Assembly: GCF_013149785.1 (NCBI RefSeq) | Contig: NZ_JABEZU010000001.1 | Span: 1,426,001-1,490,000, forward strand | Length of the DNA: 64,000 bases | Direction: 5' to 3' | From: Isoptericola halotolerans | GTDB taxonomy: Bacteria > Actinomycetota > Actinomycetes > Actinomycetales > Cellulomonadaceae | Shown: positions 37,331-44,614 of the stretch, piece by piece | Layout: each line of letters begins with the position of its first letter | How positions within the stretch are numbered: position 1 is the first letter of the stretch | Program-made: the position numbers and the translations under genes | The notes under the pieces: model-generated | Seen by the model: the letters and a program-made list of their open reading frames with translations, nothing else | What the model was told of the DNA's origin: nothing | Databases searched by the model: none

Positions 37331-38719
37331 ATGGAAGCTGTCATCTACGTACGCATCAGCCGAGACCGCGAGGGCGCCGGCCTGGGGGTCGACCGTCAGG
37401 AAGCAGACTGTCGCGAACTCGCCGACCGACTTGGCTGGAACGTGGTCCAGGTCCACTCCGACAACGACCTGTCGGCCTACTCAGGGAAGCCTAGGCCTGG
37501 GTACCGAGCCATGCTCGAGGATCTTCGCCATGGGCGCGCCAACGCTGTCGTCGCCTGGCACTCCGATCGGCTGCACCGCAAGGTCGCGGAACTCGAGGAG
37601 TTCGTCGCGATCTGCGACGAGCACAAAATCGCCGTGCAGACCGTCCGCTCAGGCTCTGTCGACCTCGCAACGGCATCGGGGCGCATGGTGGCCCGGATGC
37701 TCGGCGCGGCTTCACAGCACGAGATCGACCATGCCCGCGAGCGGATGCAGCGCGCCAAGCGCCAGGCTGCAGCTGCCGGGAAGTGGCGCGGGGGACCGCG
37801 ACCGTTCGGCTACGAGGCTGATGGCGTGACCGTTCGCCCGAGCGAGGCAGAGGTTCTGCTTCGTGCGGCTCGTGGCATCCTCGCCGGTCGATCGCTGAAT
37901 GCCCTTGCGCGTGAACTCAACGAAGCGGGGATCACCACCACACGTGGAAGCCGGGTCGACGGAGTCAACCTCCGAACGATGCTGCTCCGGCCGCGCAATG
38001 CTGGGCTCATCGACGAGCGTGGCGAGATCGTCGGCGATGCGTCGTGGCCCGCGATCATCCCAGAGGACATCTGGCGCGGCGTTGTGGCGACGTTGTCCGA
38101 CCCGACTCGCACGACCACTACGGGGCCGGAGCGACGGTGGCTCGGGTCCGGGCTGTATCGCTGCGGCGTCTGCAGAGGCCCGCTGCGAGCGTCAAAGCAG
38201 AAGATGCGTCACGCCTACCGCTGTACGCACGGGTCGCACGTGACCCGGGACGCGATCGCAGTTGACGAGTACGTGCGTCAGGTCGTCGTAGGTGTGCTCT
38301 CTCGGCCCGATGCGGCCGACCTGCTGGCAGAGTCCGACGACGGCCTGATCGAGGCTCTGCGCGCCGAGAGCGAGTCCCTGCGGGCGCGCCTGTCTAGGTT
38401 CGAGGCCGACTACGCCGAGGGGGCGATCTCAGGTCGCCAGCTCCGTGCTGCGACCGAGCGCGTCGAAGCAGACCTCGAAGCCGTAAACGCCCGTCTGGCA
38501 GGCGCACTGCGAGGCGATGCACTCGGGGGAGTGCTGGGCGCTGCGAGCCCCGGAGAGGCGTTCCTCGTGGCTCCGCTGGACGTGCAACGAGCCGTACTCG
38601 ATGCCCTCGCGGAAGTCACGATCAACAAGGGTCGCAAGGGACGCCCTCGCGGGTGGAAGCCTGGAGAGCCGTACGTGGACCTCGAGACGGTCGAAATCAA
38701 GCCAAGGGGTATCTCATGA
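37331..38719 (+). CDS. Large serine recombinase (integrase)
   Basis: YVRIS catalytic Ser, DNDLSA, RPGY, DRLHR, PFGY recombinase domain, zinc ribbon CGVC...YRC..H, coiled coil; adjacent to attL. Confidence 0.96.
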   Translation: MEAVIYVRISRDREGAGLGVDRQEADCRELADRLGWNVVQVHSDNDLSAYSGKPRPGYRAMLEDLRHGRANAVVAWHSDRLHRKVAELEEFVAICDEHKIAVQTVRSGSVDLATASGRMVARMLGAASQHEIDHARERMQRAKRQAAAAGKWRGGPRPFGYEADGVTVRPSEAEVLLRAARGILAGRSLNALARELNEAGITTTRGSRVDGVNLRTMLLRPRNAGLIDERGEIVGDASWPAIIPEDIWRGVVATLSDPTRTTTTGPERRWLGSGLYRCGVCRGPLRASKQKMRHAYRCTHGSHVTRDAIAVDEYVRQVVVGVLSRPDAADLLAESDDGLIEALRAESESLRARLSRFEADYAEGAISGRQLRAATERVEADLEAVNARLAGALRGDALGGVLGAASPGEAFLVAPLDVQRAVLDALAEVTINKGRKGRPRGWKPGEPYVDLETVEIKPRGIS

Positions 38720-39018
38720 GCCGGAGAAGGCCGTCAGTTGATTCGGAGCACGTGACCGTCGACATCGAGTGCGCTGCGTGCGGCAATCGAGTCGGAATCT
38801 GCATGCTGTACATCGGTGCAAGCCCGCGTGCCGGGACCTATAGCACGGGCGGCGGCGTCCGGTTCGAGGACCGTCCGACCCCGGAAGCGTCTTCGGGAAA
38901 GGTGCGTGGACGATGCGGAAAGTGCGGCGCGGACGTCCAGCTTCGATGGTCGCGCGTGAAAGCTCGTCTCGACGGAAACCTCGTCGCGCGTAGATACAAC
39001 GACTCGATGCGTGCCTAG
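38716..39018 (+). CDS. Small putative zinc-ribbon protein
   Basis: Two CxxC pairs (CAAC, CGKC); ATGA overlap with the integrase stop. Confidence 0.65.
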   Translation: MSRRRPSVDSEHVTVDIECAACGNRVGICMLYIGASPRAGTYSTGGGVRFEDRPTPEASSGKVRGRCGKCGADVQLRWSRVKARLDGNLVARRYNDSMRA

Positions 39019-39145
39019 CACCGGAGTACGTGCTAGCATCCCTAGTAGTAGCGCGACATACAGCGCCGGTTGGGCAGCCGATTAGAGCCTAGCAAGGTGC
39101 CTCTCAGCGGAGGTGCGCAGAAGCATCCCGCTGGAGGCATCATTC

Positions 39146-39355
39146 ATGTCCCGCAGTGTCACGGTCGCTCGAGCACAGCTCGCGGCCAGACTCCGACACC
39201 ATCCAGAGCAGGATCACTCCGCACTACGGGCCGAGCTGCGCGCGCTGAAACTCGAGCAGCACGTCGCCCGGACCCTCGCAGAGTTCCCGCCGCTCACTCC
39301 CGAGCAGCGTTCCCGCATCGCCGCTCTACTGGGCGGCGGTGGCGCCAATGCCTGA
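39146..39355 (+). CDS. Recombination directionality factor, phiRv1 Rv1584c-like
   Basis: C-terminal 'RTLAEFPPLTPEQRSRIAALL' matches my recollection of the phiRv1 RDF motif (PPLTxEQRxRxAxLL); same position two genes after the serine integrase; GGAGG RBS. Confidence 0.75.
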   Translation: MSRSVTVARAQLAARLRHHPEQDHSALRAELRALKLEQHVARTLAEFPPLTPEQRSRIAALLGGGGANA

Positions 39356-39602
39356 CCTGACACGAGAAAGCCGCCCCAGGCTAGAGGGCGGCGTCTCGAA
39401 CGATCACGTGGGCGCGGGATCGACTTCGACTATACCGCCCTTCCTCGACGGGTACGAGATCGGGGTCCTTCACGGAATCGCGCTGGGCAGGCGCCAGCTC
39501 GAAGAGGAAATCGCAGAGACGCAGCGACTCGGCATGGCGCGTGGCCTTCAGGCAATGGCCGTCCGTGCTGCCGGCGCCTATCTGCCGGGGGTTGCGCCAT
39601 GA
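39348..39602 (+). CDS. Hypothetical element protein
   Basis: Overlaps both the RDF and helicase genes, consistent with translational coupling. Confidence 0.6.
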   Translation: MPDLTRESRPRLEGGVSNDHVGAGSTSTIPPFLDGYEIGVLHGIALGRRQLEEEIAETQRLGMARGLQAMAVRAAGAYLPGVAP

Positions 39603-40534
39603 CCGAACTCCGATCTCGAATCCTCTCCGTCTCTCAGCTCGATCGTCTCCCAGAGCCGAAGCCGCTCATTGAAGGCACGGTCGACCTCGGTACCGTGTCG
39701 GTGCTCGCTGGACCTCCGCAGTCGCTCAAGTCGTTCGTGCTGCTCGACTGGGCTTCGTGCGTAGCCACAGGCAAGGCGTGGCAGGGCCGTCCGGTGGAGC
39801 AGCGGCGAGTCCTGTATGTCGCTGGAGAGGGCGCGCACGGCATTAATCAGCGACTCAAGGCGTGGCGCGTCGGCTGGCGCCAGGAGATCCTCGAAGACCG
39901 CTTCTCGCTCCTGCCGAACCCGGTCCACCTGCTGAACCCGTCCGACGTCTCGGAACTCTGCGAGGTCGTCTGGGAGGACGGCTACGGGCTCGTCATCCTC
40001 GACACGCTCAGCAAGTCGATGGCAGGAGCCGACGAGAACTCGGCCAAGGACATGTCGTCTGCCGTGGCGTCGATGTACCGCATCCTCGCCGCGACCAACG
40101 GCGGGAGCGTCATGACGGCTCACCACACCGGCAAGGACCGTACGACGATCCGCGGTTCATCCGCACTGGAGGCCGGTGTCGACACCGTCTACACGACCGA
40201 CGGCAACGCGGCTGCCATGACGCTCAAGCGAACCAAGCGGAAGGACGGTCCCGTCGAGGACCAGCTCGAACTCCGGTTCTCCGAGACACAGGGCACCCGA
40301 TCCGGCACCGTCGAGCGCCGTGCACCCGTGGGAATTTCCCAAGCGGCCGAGAGCCTGCTTTCCCACGTTACTTCCCACTATGAGGGCGTTACGTTCACTC
40401 GCCAGCAGCTCGTGGATACGTCCGGGATCTCCAAGTCGACCGTCTACCGCGTGGTGTCTGACCTGGTGCGATGCGGAGAGATTCTCAACGTTGGGACCGA
40501 GCAGCGCCCTGCGTACCGAAGGGCCGAGCAGTGA
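39599..40534 (+). CDS. AAA_25 / RepA-like replicative helicase with C-terminal HTH
   Basis: Walker A variant GPPQSLKS, VLYVAGEG, Walker B LVILDT, 'GADENS', 'HHTGKD...RGSSAL'; C-terminal HTH 'SGISKSTVYRVVSDL'. Confidence 0.88.
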   Translation: MTELRSRILSVSQLDRLPEPKPLIEGTVDLGTVSVLAGPPQSLKSFVLLDWASCVATGKAWQGRPVEQRRVLYVAGEGAHGINQRLKAWRVGWRQEILEDRFSLLPNPVHLLNPSDVSELCEVVWEDGYGLVILDTLSKSMAGADENSAKDMSSAVASMYRILAATNGGSVMTAHHTGKDRTTIRGSSALEAGVDTVYTTDGNAAAMTLKRTKRKDGPVEDQLELRFSETQGTRSGTVERRAPVGISQAAESLLSHVTSHYEGVTFTRQQLVDTSGISKSTVYRVVSDLVRCGEILNVGTEQRPAYRRAEQ

Positions 40535-40617
40535 CAACTTCCCACGTTCCCACCGGTTCCCACGCCCCGGGAGAAGTTCCCACATTCCCCCCTGCCTATA
40601 GGCAGGGAATGGGAACT
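40328..40617. repeat. Candidate replication origin: TTCCCAC iterons and an 18-bp palindrome
   Basis: TTCCCAC at 40360, 40372, 40539, 40547, 40557, 40577; inverted copy at 40328; perfect palindrome CCCTGCCTATAGGCAGGG at 40590-40607. Confidence 0.7.
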
Positions 40618-40767
40618 CCGGTCGAGATTCCCGGTACCTGCTTCTGCGGCCATGTCCGCCTGATGCACGGCTCACGTACCGGCCTCATCCTGCCCGACCT
40701 CCGCTGCCGCGCCTGGGTGCTCGACCACGAGTGCGACTGCCCCGACTACGTCCCTGAGGAGAACTGA
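40609..40767 (+). CDS. Small Cys/His-rich protein (52 aa)
   Basis: CFCGH....H...C...CDC metal-binding pattern; abuts the next ORF. Confidence 0.5.
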   Translation: MGTPVEIPGTCFCGHVRLMHGSRTGLILPDLRCRAWVLDHECDCPDYVPEEN

Positions 40768-40768
40768 A

Positions 40769-40930
40769 ATGCCCCAGCGTCACGACCCCGGCTTCAAGAA
40801 GGCGCGTCGCCGCGGAACCCGCCGCCCCGGCGTCATCAGCGCGGCGGCCACCGAAGACCTCGCCGTCAGCCTCGTAAACCGAGGCCTCGCCAATCGCGCA
40901 ATCCTCGAAGTCCCGACCCGGAAGGCCTGA
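40769..40930 (+). CDS. Small basic hypothetical protein (53 aa; below the ORF-track cutoff)
   Basis: GAGGAG RBS, ATG 40769, MPQRHDPGFKKARRR...EVPTRKA; tightly packed in the operon. Confidence 0.55.
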   Translation: MPQRHDPGFKKARRRGTRRPGVISAAATEDLAVSLVNRGLANRAILEVPTRKA

Positions 40931-40933
40931 GCG

Positions 40934-41164
40934 ATGACCGACGACCTCGAAACCCGCGACGTACTCGCAATGATCGAAGCCAGCGCCACCGGCAACCACG
41001 ACATCCTCGCCGCGACCGTTGCGACGCTCGACGAGGCCGAGCTCCGACGCACTGTAGCCCGCCTATGCGCACTCGTAGACCTGCGGGGCAGGGTGGGGAC
41101 CGATCAGTCCTCGACGGCCGCCTGGTGCCACTTCCTGGCCCGCATGGAAGGTCTCGTGCTATGA
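40934..41164 (+). CDS. Hypothetical element protein
   Basis: Operon packing, helical 76-aa ORF. Confidence 0.55.
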   Translation: MTDDLETRDVLAMIEASATGNHDILAATVATLDEAELRRTVARLCALVDLRGRVGTDQSSTAAWCHFLARMEGLVL

Positions 41165-41340
41165 GGCGCTGGTGGCATCTGCGGACTCAGCCTGTGCCGG
41201 CGGACGACCTCAACGAACCAGGGCTCGGCCAGGTCCGTGTGCCAACCCGTGCCGACTACACAGGCGTTGACGAATACGCCTACGCCGATCCCGAAGCTGT
41301 CGACCAGTGGGACGAAAGGCGCTGGGCGGAATGGCGATAA
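41161..41340 (+). CDS. Hypothetical element protein (59 aa)
   Basis: ATGA overlap with the previous stop. Confidence 0.45.
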   Translation: MRRWWHLRTQPVPADDLNEPGLGQVRVPTRADYTGVDEYAYADPEAVDQWDERRWAEWR

Positions 41341-41449
41341 ATAGGCTAGGATGAGCCTCAAGGAAAGTTCGACAAGGGTAGTGACAAGGACGAGGACCCT
41401 GCGGGGCAAGTCCGATGATCTAAACCCGAGGATCGACCTTCTCCCAGGT

Positions 41450-41514
41450 GCACGGCCAGCGGTAGCCAACCCGCCCGCCTATCAGGCCCGTCCGCACGAA
41501 GCACGGCCAGCGGT
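41450..41514 (+). repeat. 14-bp direct repeat in the capsid leader
   Basis: GCACGGCCAGCGGT at 41450-41463 and 41501-41514. Confidence 0.8.
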
Positions 41515-41633
41515 CACGCCACTCTCGGCAATGTCGACGAGAGACCAGGTTCAATCCGTCCGCCTTGTTGCTCAGCGGCCTCCCACACACATCAGACGTG
41601 CCACTGTGCACGCTTTCGCCCCAGGAGGGCACC

Positions 41634-42809
41634 ATGAGTACTACTACACGCGCCACGCTCCTCAAGTCCGCGCAGGACACGGCAGCCAAGGCCAAGGCAG
41701 AGAACCGCGACCTCACTGAGTCCGAGGCTGCGCAGATCGAGAGCGCCGTGGCAGAGATCAAGGCGCTAGACGCCGAGGGTTCGAACGTCGCCGCGCTCGT
41801 GCAGTCGATCGGCGGCATGGACGGCTGGACGACCGACGCCAAGTCCGGCACCTCGAACCGCGACGGTTCGACCGGGGAGGCAGGAAGCATCAGCCTGCAC
41901 GGCCTCGCCGACCGCATCACCGCCGGCATGAAGGCGTACAGCCTGGGCCACGGCCGGACCAAGGGCCTTGTCCCCTCCGGCGAGACGGTGGTCGACCTGC
42001 CCCTCGTCAACCGCGACGCGATCAAGGGCGATGCTTCTCACGAGCGTCCGCCGCGCCTGATCGACGTCATCCCCGGCGCGGGCCGGTCCGCCCCGCACTA
42101 CAGCTTCCTCAAGCAGTCCGTCATCGCCTCGCCTGGTGGCGCGGGTGTCGTCGCTGCCGGTGCGGTCAAGCCGACCAAGAAGCTTGGCGTGGAGCGGGTC
42201 GACTCCCGCTTGCGTGTGGTCGCCGTTCTGTCCGAGGGCATCGACAAGTACCTCCTCGAAGATGCCAGCAGCCTGCGCACCTGGGTCGGTACCGAGCTGG
42301 CTGAGGCCGTTCAGACCGAGCTCGAGTCCCAGGTCCTCGCAGGAGACGGCACGGGAGAGAACTTCACCGGCCTGTCGACGATCACGGGTCACCAGACCCA
42401 GGCCTTCCAGACCGACCCGCTCGTGACCCTGCGGTACGGCCTCTCCGACCTTGAGACGCTGGGCATCACGCCCTCCTTCGTGGCGCTCTCAGCTGCGGAC
42501 TGGCTGACCATCCAGACCACGCGCAACACCGGCGGCGGCTTCGACGTCGGCGGCCCGATCGACACGACGGCCCGCACCGCGTGGGGTACCCAGGTCGTCG
42601 TGGTTCCCGGTCTCGCGGCTGGGACGGGCTGGGTCGTCGGTCAGGACTCGCTCACGCTGTCCACCGACAACCACGGTGTGCGCGTCGAGTGGGGCACGCC
42701 CGGTGACACGTTCACTCGGAACCAGCTCGTGGCACGTGTCGAAGGTCGCTTCAACCTCGACGTGCTGCGCCCCCACGGTCTCGTCGAGATGACGCTGACC
42801 GACGCCTAA
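41634..42809 (+). CDS. HK97-fold phage major capsid protein with N-terminal coiled-coil scaffold domain
   Basis: N-terminal 'AKAENRDLTESE'; 'QVLAGDGTGENFTGL'; C-terminal 'FTRNQLVARVEGRFNLDVLRP'; AGGAGG RBS. Confidence 0.9.
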   Translation: MSTTTRATLLKSAQDTAAKAKAENRDLTESEAAQIESAVAEIKALDAEGSNVAALVQSIGGMDGWTTDAKSGTSNRDGSTGEAGSISLHGLADRITAGMKAYSLGHGRTKGLVPSGETVVDLPLVNRDAIKGDASHERPPRLIDVIPGAGRSAPHYSFLKQSVIASPGGAGVVAAGAVKPTKKLGVERVDSRLRVVAVLSEGIDKYLLEDASSLRTWVGTELAEAVQTELESQVLAGDGTGENFTGLSTITGHQTQAFQTDPLVTLRYGLSDLETLGITPSFVALSAADWLTIQTTRNTGGGFDVGGPIDTTARTAWGTQVVVVPGLAAGTGWVVGQDSLTLSTDNHGVRVEWGTPGDTFTRNQLVARVEGRFNLDVLRPHGLVEMTLTDA

Positions 42810-42812
42810 GAC

Positions 42813-42990
42813 TGCTGATCGGTGGAGGTTCGTGACAGTTCCGCCAGCCGATCAGCATCGCGTCCGGTCCTGCTTTCGAGCGGGACCGGACGTGCCCCAC
42901 GGGTAGGGGGTCAAGATCGCTAGCCCCCTGACCTGCGGACAGTTGTTCCGGCAGTGATTCGTCTCTCTCTAAGGGGGGTACCCCCTCCAG
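42813..42990. other. Structured non-coding region after the capsid gene (terminator hairpins and candidate cos/packaging site)
   Basis: Hairpins at 42813-42857 and 42861-42892 (TTCG loop), GGGTAGGGGGTCAAGATCGCT at 42901, palindrome GGGGGTACCCCC at 42974-42985. Confidence 0.5.
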
Positions 42991-43119
42991 ATGTCGAACG
43001 AAGACCTCACGAGTCTGCTGCAAGAAACGCTTGGGGACGCCCTTCTCCAACGCCCTCGGAGGAACCTGGACATGCCCAAGTCCGGACTCGCACCCTGGGA
43101 TTGCGTGCTGGAGGGGCGG

Positions 43120-43632
43120 CTACACCGAGTCGCTGAGTAGATCTCGCCGTAGGGAAGGAATGAAGTCCTGCATCCTCTCCGCCGCGTGATAGGTGGACCC
43201 CGAGCCGGCCGAGGGGAGCGCGTAGGACTGTCCGCCCTTGTATGAGAGCTCCACGGTGACGCGACCCGGCCACTTCACGTTTCCGAAGTGATCCGCCAGT
43301 GCGCTCACGCCCGTCTGTACCCCCAGCTGGACTAGGTCGGATCGGCGATGAGCGAGGGTGGTCCGGCTCACCTCCCCGCCGATCGTCTCGGCGACCACGG
43401 CGACGAGTAGCGACTTGGTGAAGATGAGTAGGTGGGCGGTGTGATCCTCATCGTGCTGGCCGGTCGCGTAGCCATCGGCGAACACGACCTCCTCTCCATC
43501 GACGAGGAGGGCGGCATCTCCGAGCGCCTTGCCATACCAGTCCGGCAAGTCTCCCTGAAGGTAGTTCGTCGGAAGCGTCCATCCCGCGACGACTCCCTCG
43601 TGGATCGGTCGCACCAAGTTGACCACGGACAT
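43120..43632 (-). CDS. Hypothetical cargo protein (170 aa)
   Basis: GGAGGT RBS, globular-looking composition, standalone and opposite in direction to its neighbours. Confidence 0.7.
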   Translation of the reverse strand: MSVVNLVRPIHEGVVAGWTLPTNYLQGDLPDWYGKALGDAALLVDGEEVVFADGYATGQHDEDHTAHLLIFTKSLLVAVVAETIGGEVSRTTLAHRRSDLVQLGVQTGVSALADHFGNVKWPGRVTVELSYKGGQSYALPSAGSGSTYHAAERMQDFIPSLRRDLLSDSV

Positions 43633-43727
43633 CAAGACCTCCTACATCGCAAGTTCGTATCAGGCTAGGCCACGTACCCGGACGTGTGCCTGACGGGGCC
43701 ATGCCGGCCCCTGGCAGACTGCTCCGC

Positions 43728-43970
43728 GTGACGGCGAAGCGATTCCTTGACCTGAAGGCCGTGTCCGACGAGCTGGCGGTCACCAAGGCCCAGGTGTACA
43801 CGATCCTCAAGAACGGCGATCTGCCGGCGATCCAGGTCGGTCCGAAGAAGGTGTGGCGAATCGAGCGGACCAAGCTCGAGGAGTACATCGAGCGTCGGTA
43901 CGCCGCCACACGCGAGGCTGTCGAACGTGGAGACGTGCCGGACGAGGACCCTGAGGACCCCGAGGACTGA
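43728..43970 (+). CDS. Excisionase/AlpA-like HTH_17 DNA-binding protein
   Basis: 'RFLDLKAVSDELAVTKAQVYTILKNGDLPAIQVG.K.VWRIER..LE.YI'. Confidence 0.85.
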   Translation: MTAKRFLDLKAVSDELAVTKAQVYTILKNGDLPAIQVGPKKVWRIERTKLEEYIERRYAATREAVERGDVPDEDPEDPED

Positions 43971-44209
43971 TGCCGTACCCGTCGCGTCCGGTGCTGGACG
44001 TGCTGCCGCAGTTCCGCGGTGACCTCAAGAACGGGTACAACCGCTTCCAGCTCGAACGGTTCGACGCGTTCGTCGCTGCGGAGTACATGGCGGGGCGGTC
44101 GTTGCGCGAGATCGGCGAGCTGACGGGGCGCACGCAGACGGCCGTTCGGCGCAGTCTCGACCGGACGGGGACCCCGCGGCGGGGCAGAGGAGCGCGCTCG
44201 TTGCGCTAG
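43970..44209 (+). CDS. Small helix-turn-helix protein
   Basis: 'Y.AGRSLREIGELTGRTQTAVRRSL...G.PRR.RG'. Confidence 0.8.
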   Translation: MPYPSRPVLDVLPQFRGDLKNGYNRFQLERFDAFVAAEYMAGRSLREIGELTGRTQTAVRRSLDRTGTPRRGRGARSLR

Positions 44210-44210
44210 A

Positions 44211-44230
44211 GTTCGAACATGCGTTCGAAC
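44211..44230. promoter_or_regulatory. LexA (SOS) box
   Basis: TCGAAC-ATGC-GTTCGA (44213-44228) is the actinobacterial consensus; directly after a TAGAGT -10 hexamer (44207-44212). Confidence 0.88.
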
Positions 44231-44501
44231 CGAGGCGCGGGTGCTGGACGAGGTATCGAGAGGGTCCCGCTGCGGGACTTCGCTACTGAGGTGCCCCCCG
44301 CAAGCGAGGCCGGAGCCGCCGACGCGTCCTGACGATCCCGTGCCCGTGACTGCCTGGGTCACCGACGGCAAGGGGCGAACGTTCGAAGCTACCGGCGAGG
44401 CTCTGGCGTGGACGCCCAAGGCCGTCTACGTGCGCTACATCGATCCTGGCGGCCGTGAGGGCTTCGCGTGGCCCTGGGCGTCGGCGGTCACGCGCCGGTA
44501 G
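44219..44501 (+). CDS. Small SOS-controlled hypothetical protein, possibly frameshifted in a C6 run
   Basis: C-terminal frame 'PVPVTAWV...GEALAWTPKAVYVRY...AWPWASAVTRR'; the leaderless ATG in the SOS box is one base out of frame, otherwise the start is GTG 44241. Confidence 0.55.
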
Positions 44502-44548
44502 TTGGGCGGTGGGTTCACAGGCCTAATAGGTCTGTGTTACGTTACTAG

Positions 44549-44611
44549 CACCTACCCGGTCGCTTCGGTGGCCGGGCCCGGAGCCAGGCCCGACAGGGCC
44601 TGGCTCTTTGT
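44549..44611 (+). ncRNA. Candidate ~60-nt two-hairpin small RNA convergent on the NYN gene
   Basis: TTCACA(44514)-18 bp-TACGTT(44538) promoter with extended TG; C(UUCG)G hairpin 44555-44576; 11-bp GACA-loop hairpin 44581-44606 followed by TTTGT. Confidence 0.55.
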
Positions 44612-44614
44612 CTC

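Noticed and set aside
40328..41514. CRISPR or other spacer array from the short repeats
   Set aside because: Repeats are 7-14 bp, irregularly spaced or only two copies; no cas genes in the window
41351..41719. 122-aa ORF upstream of the capsid gene
   Set aside because: No RBS, overlaps the capsid start in another frame, and composition fits non-coding regulatory sequence
41634..42809. Encapsulin nanocompartment
   Set aside because: Phage-type scaffold extension and mobile-element context, with no cargo enzyme adjacent; not formally excluded without a profile search
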